DNA of 64,000 bases from a virus (lineage: Duplodnaviria; Caudoviricetes). Positions within the stretch are counted from its first letter, which is position 1; each line of letters starts with the position of its first letter. The DNA lies in IMG/VR virus record IMGVR_UViG_3300028886_000004, positions 70,992 to 134,991 of that record; one strand, 5' to 3'. Under the pieces are notes generated by a model. That model saw only the letters and a program-made list of their open reading frames with translations, was not told where the DNA came from and did no database searches. A program made the position numbers and the translations under genes. Of the stretch, positions 1 to 7,890 are shown piece after piece.

Positions 1-134
1 GAAAAAGACACCCGTTTTCTGCAGATTTCTGCATTTTCTTGAAAAACGGCGAAATTTTCGCGGAATTCCGAAGGGTTGGGACAGTCCGTATATATCAACA
101 AATAACGAACAACCCATAACTGGAGGTTATCCAA

Positions 135-338
135 ATGACAGATTTGCAGTTGAAAATTCGCCGCCTTGCCCACCGCGTCTCCGCTTTGAAGAAGAACGGC
201 AAGGACTTCTCCGCCCCGCTCGCCGAACTTACGCAGCTCCGTGCCCAGCGCAAGACCGAACATGCTGGCGAAAAGAAGGAAAAGGCGGACAAGAAGGCCG
301 AAGCAGCTGCCCCGGCTGAAGCTCCTGCCAACGCGTAA
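135..338 (+). CDS. small Lys/Ala-rich hypothetical protein
   Basis: GGAGG RBS at 122; codon usage like neighbouring phage genes. Confidence 0.7.
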   Translation: MTDLQLKIRRLAHRVSALKKNGKDFSAPLAELTQLRAQRKTEHAGEKKEKADKKAEAAAPAEAPANA

Positions 339-345
339 GGACTTT

Positions 346-353
346 TGTATATT
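346..353 (+). promoter_or_regulatory. -10 box (TATATT) for the ncRNA cluster
   Basis: Same GTATATT/GTATAAT motif recurs before ~20 transcription units in the window. Confidence 0.55.
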
Positions 354-655
354 TAATCACCTCCCGATGAGGTTTTGCTAAGGTGACCGTGATAAGCGAA
401 GCGGGCCGAGGCAAAGCGCCGGAGGCCGCATTGGGCTGAAGGAAATCGGAAAAATACAGCGTGCAGGCCCGCATGGGTTAAACAGTGAGGCTAGGTCCTT
501 CAAGCTGCACGCCATGTCGCCTACGTAGTTGTCTTGACAAGCAATGAAGTAGTTTCCCTCGGACCGGTCAATAGGGTTAAGAGATCGGCACCTCTTTCTA
601 GGAGGTCCTCCCTGAGATGGGCAGGTAGCGCTACGTCAAAAGCGTATAGATTTAC

Positions 656-729
656 TGCGGGATAGAGCAGTTGGTAGCTCGCGTGGCTCATAACCACGAG
701 GTCCCCGTGTTCGAGTCCGGGTCCCGCTA
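656..729 (+). tRNA. tRNA-Met(CAT), initiator-like
   Basis: Cloverleaf TGCGGGA/TCCCGCT, D arm GAGC/GCTC, CGTGG-CTCATAA-CCACG, TTCGAGT T-loop; 1:72 mismatch and A11-U24; no encoded CCA. Confidence 0.9.
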
Positions 730-891
730 CTAAGGAAATAGGCGGTGCGCAAGCATCGCTGAAAGCGCCGAATGCTAGTTGCGCAACAATGGCTAGTAGG
801 TGGCATTCCCGCCTTGAGTGCTCCGGGGACGTTAAAATAAATGGGAGCGCAGCCAACTAAGAGGCTGTGAAGATGCAGCCAAAAGAATTTT

Positions 892-1045
892 GGGCTTGTG
901 AACGCGCGGGCTTGCCTCAAACCAACGCAATATGCCGATAGCTCTGAAATAAGGTGCGTGTAAACACTGGGCGGGAAACCGCCACAGCCAATCGGTAGGC
1001 AGAAGCGATGTTGAGGATGCGCCGGTTCGACTCCGGGCGGGTCCA
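892..1045 (+). ncRNA. tRNA-like/mini-tmRNA-like RNA
   Basis: GGGCTTG/CGGGTCC-A acceptor (G3.U70, A73), CCTCAA/TTGAGG stem, CCGG-TTCGACT-CCGG T arm, ~90-nt structured insert. Confidence 0.55.
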
Positions 1046-1199
1046 CTAAAAATTCAGGTCTTCTAAACGAGCAGGCGCTAATACCGCTTGTGCTTAGGAA
1101 TCCGGCGGCGGCAGTATGGTGTAAACATCCCGGCAGGGAAAGATAGCACTCCGCGGGCAATGCAGGTGTAAGTCCTGCCCTGATAGCTTTTTGAGTGTA

Positions 1200-1283
1200 G
1201 TCCTTGTGGTGGAAAAGCATACACTTGGCATCCGTTGGCCGAGGACCGAATCGGCTCTGTAGGTCCGTATCCTACCTTGGGCA
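1200..1283 (+). ncRNA. degenerate class II (Leu-like) tRNA with 8-nt anticodon loop
   Basis: GTG-GAAAAGCATA-CAC D arm, TTGGC/GCCGA stem, long variable arm, GTAGG-TCCGTAT-CCTAC T arm; two U.U mismatches in acceptor. Confidence 0.5.
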
Positions 1284-1509
1284 TGACTCAAAACGAAGGA
1301 GCTCCGGACGCCCAGCCCTTGCGAGGGAAGCGTCGCGCCACCGCGCTAGGAGACCTTCAAAGATTTGAAAGAACGCTGGTAAGTCCAAGCTCGAGATTGG
1401 GACAGCTGGCGAGCACGATTGGGACGCCTCCCGTGTGTGCTTCTCCGGTGGCCGTGAGGGCCGGGGGAAACAAGTTACCAGCAGGGGGCACAATTATCCC
1501 GCGCGGGAG

Positions 1510-1624
1510 CCGTGAAGGCATAGGTATAGTCCTTTGAAGTTGTGAAATTCAGCTGCTACTTTCACGGACCGGATATGGCCTTGTATAGCCTTTGAGTCTG
1601 TGAAATTCAGCGCGTCATATCCGG
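1510..1624 (+). ncRNA. tandem pair of a structured RNA motif
   Basis: Core GTATAG(T)CCTTTGA..TGTGAAATTCAGC twice, each closed by a different 9-11 bp stem. Confidence 0.55.
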
Positions 1625-1645
1625 ACGATTTTTCTTTCCTGGTGT

Positions 1646-1677
1646 AGGGGGCGCCTATTATTTAGGCGCCTCCTTTC
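1646..1677 (+). terminator. intrinsic terminator, immediately followed by -10 box at 1679
   Basis: AGGGGGCGCCTA/TAGGCGCCTCCT hairpin plus short T tract. Confidence 0.6.
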
Positions 1678-1709
1678 GTATATTTAGGTATCTTTTCAAA
1701 AGGAATACA

Positions 1710-2342
1710 ATGGAACACAAACTCGAAATCGTATACCTCCCGGTAAAGGACATTTACCCCTACAAGAACAACAATAAGACCCACGCCGATAACGTGGATT
1801 CCATCGCGAACTCCATTGAATGCTTCGGTTTCCAAATTCCTATTGTCGTGAATAAGGAACACGTCGTTATCACCGGCCACGGCCGCTTGATGGCAGCGCA
1901 GAAACTTGGCTTGGACGAAATCCCCTGCATCATCTCCAACCTTGACAAGGAAGCTGAAGATGAATTCCGCATCATCGATAACGTGACGCAGTCCCTCGGT
2001 AAGCTGGACTTTGCCTCCGTTGCGAAGGAAATTATGGGCGGCCGCGTTCACTCCAAGTATCTCACCGAAATGAAGAATATCATTACGGACATCAAGAACA
2101 TCCGCCCGCTGGACCCCAAGATCCTCAAGAAGCGCAACATGTTGCCTCAGGAAGCTGGTATGGCCGCCGAAGTGGTTGGTGAAATCCCCGAAGACAATGC
2201 CGCCACGCCTGCTTCGGCGGTTCCGGATCCTGAAGCGCCTGCCGACGCCGAACCGGTTGAACCGACCGACGCCGAACCGGTTGATACCGGCAGTTCCGAA
2301 GGCGCCGAAGACTTTAACATCATTGGTTGGGATAAGGTTTAA
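1710..2342 (+). CDS. ParB/Srx N-terminal domain protein
   Basis: SIECFGFQIPIVV..VITGHGRLMAA motif; acidic Pro-rich repeat tail. Confidence 0.85.
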   Translation: MEHKLEIVYLPVKDIYPYKNNNKTHADNVDSIANSIECFGFQIPIVVNKEHVVITGHGRLMAAQKLGLDEIPCIISNLDKEAEDEFRIIDNVTQSLGKLDFASVAKEIMGGRVHSKYLTEMKNIITDIKNIRPLDPKILKKRNMLPQEAGMAAEVVGEIPEDNAATPASAVPDPEAPADAEPVEPTDAEPVDTGSSEGAEDFNIIGWDKV

Positions 2343-2344
2343 CA

Positions 2345-3109
2345 ATGAAGTATTATGCCGGTCTTGATATCGGAAAGCTTCATGCGACAGTGTCCAAGGA
2401 AGCATTCCGTAAACACAAATTCAAATATGTCCTTGTGTCCTTCTATTATTTGAGCAAGGCATCCCCGGAACGCGTGCAAGAGGCGCTGGATCTTTATTCC
2501 GGCCCCGAACCCGGTCAGGAGATCCTGCTTGACTCCGGCGCCTTCTCTATGATGATGGCAGCCAAGAAGGGAAAGCTGAAGGGCGAATTCAACCTTGACA
2601 AGTATGTGGAAGCCTACGGCGAGTTCATCAAGAAGTATCGCCGCTATTTCACCCACTTCTTCGAATTGGATATTCAGTCCGTGGTTGGCGAGCAGGAATA
2701 CGCCCGCCTCCGCAAGAAGCTGATTGACATTGTCGGCGAGGAACCTACGCTGGTTTGGCACATCTTCGACCCGATTCAAAAGTTTGCCGATTACTGCGAA
2801 AAGGTAGGACCCGGCGGATTCTTTGCAATCGGTGGCGTGGCAGGCTCCGGCTTGACCAACTGCCACGATGTCGCCCGCCTGATGCGCGAACTCGTTTGGT
2901 ATGCCCGCGCCCGCGATGTTCATATCCACGGCCTCGGCATTACGAGCAAGCTGGCGCGTTACATTGACTTTGATTCGGTGGACAGCTTCACCTACATCAA
3001 GCCGGTAACGAGCGTCCCTGAATTCATACGTGCCTACGGCTACAACCGTGGACATATGATCAGTTGTGCGGTCGCCAAGCTCAACCAGCTGATTTGGGAT
3101 ACGTTCTAG
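2345..3109 (+). CDS. dpdA: DpdA-like 7-deazaguanine DNA transglycosylase (TGT fold)
   Basis: LLDSGAFS, FELDI, VWH, AIGG, IHGLG, DSVDS motifs; next to queC. Confidence 0.7.
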   Translation: MKYYAGLDIGKLHATVSKEAFRKHKFKYVLVSFYYLSKASPERVQEALDLYSGPEPGQEILLDSGAFSMMMAAKKGKLKGEFNLDKYVEAYGEFIKKYRRYFTHFFELDIQSVVGEQEYARLRKKLIDIVGEEPTLVWHIFDPIQKFADYCEKVGPGGFFAIGGVAGSGLTNCHDVARLMRELVWYARARDVHIHGLGITSKLARYIDFDSVDSFTYIKPVTSVPEFIRAYGYNRGHMISCAVAKLNQLIWDTF

Positions 3110-3179
3110 CGGTCCGTATAAATAAGGGCTGTTATTGCAACCCTTAACGGAGATGCCAACTATGAAGAAGTAATCCTTT

Positions 3180-3329
3180 TTGTGATCCTTGCGTGGCAGG
3201 AGATGGCCAAAACTGCCGCCCTGATTAGGGTAGGGATAGGACCGGAGGCCGCGTTGAAAAGCGCTATAGTGTTGAAAAGCCGCTCCGGAAACCGTCCACA
3301 AAGGTTCAAATCCTTTCCGGGGGTCACAA
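3180..3329 (+). ncRNA. tRNA-like RNA with truncated anticodon arm and giant variable arm
   Basis: 12-bp closing stem, GCAG/CTGC D arm with GG loop, AAAGG-TTCAAAT-CCTTT T arm; own promoter (3117) and terminator (3346). Confidence 0.6.
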
Positions 3330-3345
3330 TGTCCTTTCCTTGGTG

Positions 3346-3371
3346 GGCGCCCTATTATGGGCGCCTTTTTT
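3346..3371 (+). terminator. intrinsic terminator followed by -10 box at 3374
   Basis: GGCGCCC-TATTAT-GGGCGCC-TTTTTT. Confidence 0.7.
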
Positions 3372-3457
3372 CGTATATTCGAACAACGCGGCCCCTAAGA
3401 GATACAGCGCTCCCAATTACGCAGGGCTGCCCAATTTAATACCTAAAGAGGTTATCT

Positions 3458-4156
3458 ATGAAGGCTCTCGTTCTTAACTCCGGTGGCGTTGATTCTACTA
3501 CCTGCGTCGCCCTCGCAATCGAAAAGTATGGCAAAGAAAATGTGGTGACCGCCACCCTTTACTATGGGCAGCGCCACGACAAGGAACTCGAATGCGCCCG
3601 CAAGGTTGCAGAATACTACGGCGTCCGCCACATCGAGGAAGACATCTCTTGCGTGATGAAGTATGCCGGCGATGTGTGCTCCCTTATGAAGGATTCCAAG
3701 ACGGAAATCCCGGACAAGTCCTATTCCGAACAGATCGCCGAAAATGGCGAAGGCCGCGTCGGCACCTATGTTCCGTTCCGTAACGGCTTGCTGCTTTCCA
3801 TCGCTACCGCCTATGCGGATTCCTTGTTCCCCGGTGAAGATGCCGTTGTCGTTTACGGGGCACATGCGGATGATGCCGCCGGGCAGGCTTACGCGGATTG
3901 TTCCCCCGCCTTCGCCGATGCAATGGACAACGCCATCTCGATCGGCACCTATGGCAAGATTCATGTGTGGCGCCCACTCATCAACCTGAATAAGGCTGGC
4001 GTTGTTGCCGAAGGCCTCCGTCTCAAGGTGCCTTACGAATTGACGTGGAGCTGCTACAAGGGTGGTGAAAAGGCTTGTGGCACCTGCGGCACCTGCATTG
4101 ACCGCAAGGCCGCATTCGAGGCAAACGGAGTAAAGGACCCGATCGAATATGTGTAA
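3458..4156 (+). CDS. queC: 7-cyano-7-deazaguanine synthase
   Basis: SGGVDST, YGQRH, YVPFRN, YADC, TWSCY, CGTCGTC motifs. Confidence 0.97.
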   Translation: MKALVLNSGGVDSTTCVALAIEKYGKENVVTATLYYGQRHDKELECARKVAEYYGVRHIEEDISCVMKYAGDVCSLMKDSKTEIPDKSYSEQIAENGEGRVGTYVPFRNGLLLSIATAYADSLFPGEDAVVVYGAHADDAAGQAYADCSPAFADAMDNAISIGTYGKIHVWRPLINLNKAGVVAEGLRLKVPYELTWSCYKGGEKACGTCGTCIDRKAAFEANGVKDPIEYV

Positions 4157-4544
4157 TGGACCAAGAACAGTTCAGCGCACTTGGGACGAGGTGAAGGCCG
4201 CCGCCATTTGGGCAGCCTCCAAGATGAAGGTGGACGGCAGGATGCTTAACGGCGTTTACGGGATTCCCCGTGGCGGCGCCTGCCTTGCGGTCCTCTTCTC
4301 CCATCTCCTGAAAATCGAATACCTTGACAAGCCGCGTGAAGGCTGCCTGATTTGCGATGACATCTCGGACACCGGCCAAACGCTGCTTCGTTACGCGAAT
4401 CTCCCCGGGGTAACCTTCTACACGGACGTGGCGAAGGAAACCGCCCGGAAGCAGCCGGACTACTACGGGAAATTCATTCCTGAATTGGATGCGGATTCCG
4501 CCGCGTGGATTGAATTTCCGTGGGAGGAACCTTCCAAGAAGTAA
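4149..4544 (+). CDS. type I phosphoribosyltransferase (Gpt-like)
   Basis: YGIPRGG, LICDDISDTGQT PRPP loop, WIEFPWE. Confidence 0.85.
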   Translation: MCNGPRTVQRTWDEVKAAAIWAASKMKVDGRMLNGVYGIPRGGACLAVLFSHLLKIEYLDKPREGCLICDDISDTGQTLLRYANLPGVTFYTDVAKETARKQPDYYGKFIPELDADSAAWIEFPWEEPSKK

Positions 4545-4574
4545 AAATGTCCGCCGTAGCGAATACGGCGGCGT

Positions 4575-4680
4575 TTTTATATATTTATAAGCGCGTATAC
4601 GGCGATTTCGCAAAACCCAAGACTAATTCAAACACCTAAACAGAAATCGCCTTATACGCTTGTTATTGCGCAAATAGGAG
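4575..4680. repeat. periodic GC/AT intergenic element (copy)
   Basis: CGCCTTATACGCTTGTTATTGCGC at 4648 with an inverted arm upstream. Confidence 0.45.
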
Positions 4681-4685
4681 GCAAT

Positions 4686-5225
4686 ATGCAGTTCGATCTC
4701 GGATTACGTGCATTGCATAAATTTCTTGACCCCCGCCGGTCCTTTTATGTCGGGGAAATCAAGGAAGAAGGCCCGAACTACATTGTCGGCATCAAGTATA
4801 CCGATGCCAAAGGAAATGAGACGGAGCTGGAGACCACGGCGCGTCAAATCCTCCCGCTGACCTTCTCATATGAGATTGGCGATAAGGTGGTCATTTCGGT
4901 TGATACTTTCGTTCAATCGTATATCCTCGGCCTTGCGGAGGAGCTGGCGGGGATGGACCTCAGCACGGACTTTTATTTGCGCTTCGGGAAGAACATCTTT
5001 ACCGGAAAGAAGGACGGCTCTATGGTCAGCTTCGAAACCGGGGATGGCAACCTGAAAATCTCGCACGATCCGACCGGCACAAAGGTGGAGGCAACCGGCC
5101 TTGTCACCGTGACCGGGGATGTTATCAACGTGGGCAACGCAATCGCCCCCGCCTTGAACGCCTGCACCGTTTGCCCTCTCCAAGGTGTCCACGCCTCAAC
5201 CGTTCCAACAATTTGTATTGGATGA
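4686..5225 (+). CDS. putative baseplate spike/assembly protein (gpV-like)
   Basis: beta-helix-like VEATGLVTVTGDVINVG and C-terminal CxxC..H. Confidence 0.45.
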   Translation: MQFDLGLRALHKFLDPRRSFYVGEIKEEGPNYIVGIKYTDAKGNETELETTARQILPLTFSYEIGDKVVISVDTFVQSYILGLAEELAGMDLSTDFYLRFGKNIFTGKKDGSMVSFETGDGNLKISHDPTGTKVEATGLVTVTGDVINVGNAIAPALNACTVCPLQGVHASTVPTICIG

Positions 5226-5243
5226 TTTGCCGTATATTGAAGT

Positions 5244-5552
5244 ATGGCAAAGAACATTACGAAAAAAGATTTAGTGCTTGACATCGCTGACGGGAGCAAT
5301 CTCTCCCACGAAACAATTCAAGGCATTGTTGAGTCCTTTTTGGATTTTGTAAAATTTCATATCTCGAAGGGGCAGACCATCGAGCTCCGCGGGTTTGGAA
5401 CCTTCTCTCTCCAGCACCGCAAGCGCCGCCCTGCCCGGAACATTCATACCGGAGAAGTGGTCCCCATCCGAGAACGCTATGTCCCCACCTTGAAGTTCTG
5501 CGATGCTTTCCGCAAGCGCGTGACAATGGTGGAGGTTCTCCCGGAGGACTAA
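5244..5552 (+). CDS. HU/IHF family DNA-binding protein
   Basis: IELRGFGTF..RPARNIHTGE..VPTLK. Confidence 0.95.
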   Translation: MAKNITKKDLVLDIADGSNLSHETIQGIVESFLDFVKFHISKGQTIELRGFGTFSLQHRKRRPARNIHTGEVVPIRERYVPTLKFCDAFRKRVTMVEVLPED

Positions 5553-6286
5553 TGGCATTCAATCTTCGACAAAAGGTGGCGGACGATCCGGTCACCGTCA
5601 TTGAGAAGCGCTTTCCCAATATCATTCGCCAGTCCCAAAGCATCTTCACCAAGACGCATAAGGAAGGGCTGGAATTGATTGACGAGATTGCCACGAATCG
5701 CTTTGTCCGCGATTGGGCGGACCACTGCAAGCCTAGGCGTCCGTTAGTGTGCAACGGGACAGATGACGCCGTGAATATGATTACGACGGCGCTTCAAACC
5801 ATCACTGAAAGGCAGAAGGAAGGGTGTTGGTATCCGCCTTTACAGAATGGCGAGCGTATGCGCGTGCCCGTTGCACACTTCCTCATTGCCCCGGTGACCA
5901 AGGGACAAGGCGTATTTAGTCCCTTCCTCCATTTCTTCTTCCAAAAGTCCGAGGCCGCCAGGATCGCGGAGGCTCGTGCGGAATTGATGAATCGTATTTG
6001 CGAGCTGGTGGAGCGCATAGGCGTGAAGGCGCAAATGAAGGCGCCGGCATACTTTTGGCAGGGCGCCGTCAACCTGCTCCACTATTGGCAGGGCATCCCG
6101 GAAACCTTTATGGACAACGACGCAAAGAAGTTGTTGCTTGGAAAGGCGTCCTCCTTGTTCATCGCCGTGGAAGGCTATCAAAATGAAGGCGGATGGGTTC
6201 CGGACGGATTCATTTGCCCTGAGTCCCCTGCGTGGGGACGATTCAAGTATTGGGTGGAGGTGAAGAAGCACGTTCGCCTGCCGTAA
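5552..6286 (+). CDS. hypothetical protein
   Basis: Start overlaps HU stop codon. Confidence 0.7.
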   Translation: MAFNLRQKVADDPVTVIEKRFPNIIRQSQSIFTKTHKEGLELIDEIATNRFVRDWADHCKPRRPLVCNGTDDAVNMITTALQTITERQKEGCWYPPLQNGERMRVPVAHFLIAPVTKGQGVFSPFLHFFFQKSEAARIAEARAELMNRICELVERIGVKAQMKAPAYFWQGAVNLLHYWQGIPETFMDNDAKKLLLGKASSLFIAVEGYQNEGGWVPDGFICPESPAWGRFKYWVEVKKHVRLP

Positions 6287-6339
6287 GGCCGCATTTTATT
6301 CCGGTGCGCCTATTTACCGGAAAATAGTATATTTAGTGT

Positions 6340-7890
6340 ATGAACATTTTTACTCGCGCAGCTAAATCTTTTCAGCAGACATTTGTGGACTACACCATCA
6401 TGCGGGCCATCGCGTCCCGTATGACTGACGTTGAATACGCCATTGCCACATCGGATGCGGACAAGCAGCGCCTCAAAGAAATCGCGAATGCGCCTACTTC
6501 CCAAATGGGCTTGTGGACGCAGCTGTATGAGCACTTTGTCAATTACCGAAATGACCTGAACAAGTACGAGGTATTGAAGGAACAATACCTCGTCGAGGCT
6601 ATGGTCAATGCCTACGCCTATGATGCCCTCGCGATTGACCCGCAAACCGAAAAGTCCTTTGATTTGACCATTGATAAGCAGTTCCCGTCCTCCAATCGCG
6701 CCCAGCGCATTGTGGACGATTTCCGCTTCAACATCTCGCTGGACACATTCCTCAACAAGATTGTTTGCGATGCCATCTTCTACGGGCAGTATTGGGTTGA
6801 GTATCTCCGTGATAAGAATCACCATATTGTCGGCTTGAAGGACAGCTACCAGCCCGGTTCCATCTTCACGGTCGGACTTGAAGGCTTGTCGGCACAGCCG
6901 CTTTACTACTGCATCACCCCGGGGAATGCCACCCGAATTTCTACGCTTGACAGCGACAATATCGCCTGCCTCCAAATGCAAATCGATAGAATGCGCTTCT
7001 CCCTCTCCAAAGAACAGATTATGATTCAGGGCAGGGATTCGATCATCGCGCAGACTTCCACGGTTGGCCGCCACTTCTGCGCGAACATCTACGATAAGGT
7101 GTTCTCCCTCGAAATGCTGGAACAGCTGTATTTGGCAGGCATTGCCGCCGCTATGCAGCGCAATACCTTGATTAGCGTGAAGGCGCCGGATGGCCTTGAT
7201 CTTCAACAGATTAAGTCCTTTAACGCCTATTGGGAAAACCTCATCAACAACAACGATAGTAATGATGCTCCGGCCCCCGGTGCCGATTTGAATTCTATCC
7301 GTCTGTTTGCTGCTTCCGCTTCCAAGATCCGCGTGATTCCGGAACAGACGCAGCGTGGCGGCATCAGTGTTGCCTTGTCCGCCGATCAGGCTGGAGACAC
7401 CTCCATCCCGGACAAAATCAACAATCTCCGCAATCTTATTACGGATATCAAGGGTGTTCCCTACTCGTTCCTTTTCAGCGCCGAAGGCCGCACGGCCCAG
7501 CCAGCCGGTCTTGCAATGCGCCAGTACGTGCGATATGCGCGTGCGGTGAAGATGATGCAAAACGGCCTTCGTCGCTTCCTTACCAAGATTATCAAGGATC
7601 TTCTCCGGTCCTATGGCTATTCTGTCCCGGACGAATTCATCCACGTCAGCCAGTATTGCGCCGTGAACGTTGCCGAGCTCGACCGAATGGAATACGCGGA
7701 TGCGACCACCACGGTTATCGAGCATATCTATCAAACCGTCAGCACGCTTACTCAGGACCCGGATGTCCAGCCGTTTGTCAATGGGACGGAAAAGGCGCGT
7801 TACATCGAATCGCTGCTTGATAGCATGTCCGGCGCCACGCAGATTATCAATGTGCCGGCGGCGCAAGCCGCTGAACAGAAGAGGTCATAA
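6340..7890 (+). CDS. putative portal protein (T4 gp20-like)
   Basis: 516 aa, helical; IKGVPYSFL motif resembles portal clip region; head-gene context. Confidence 0.55.
   Translation: MNIFTRAAKSFQQTFVDYTIMRAIASRMTDVEYAIATSDADKQRLKEIANAPTSQMGLWTQLYEHFVNYRNDLNKYEVLKEQYLVEAMVNAYAYDALAIDPQTEKSFDLTIDKQFPSSNRAQRIVDDFRFNISLDTFLNKIVCDAIFYGQYWVEYLRDKNHHIVGLKDSYQPGSIFTVGLEGLSAQPLYYCITPGNATRISTLDSDNIACLQMQIDRMRFSLSKEQIMIQGRDSIIAQTSTVGRHFCANIYDKVFSLEMLEQLYLAGIAAAMQRNTLISVKAPDGLDLQQIKSFNAYWENLINNNDSNDAPAPGADLNSIRLFAASASKIRVIPEQTQRGGISVALSADQAGDTSIPDKINNLRNLITDIKGVPYSFLFSAEGRTAQPAGLAMRQYVRYARAVKMMQNGLRRFLTKIIKDLLRSYGYSVPDEFIHVSQYCAVNVAELDRMEYADATTTVIEHIYQTVSTLTQDPDVQPFVNGTEKARYIESLLDSMSGATQIINVPAAQAAEQKRS

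Noticed and set aside
521-1537. Short ORFs across the 0.35-1.65 kb region
   Set aside because: Overlap tRNA-Met and structured RNAs; atypical composition; no RBS
3182-3439. 85-aa ORF between dpdA and queC
   Set aside because: Spans a tRNA-like fold, a terminator and a promoter; no RBS
3380-3450. Known preQ1 riboswitch upstream of queC
   Set aside because: No match to class I-III consensus by eye
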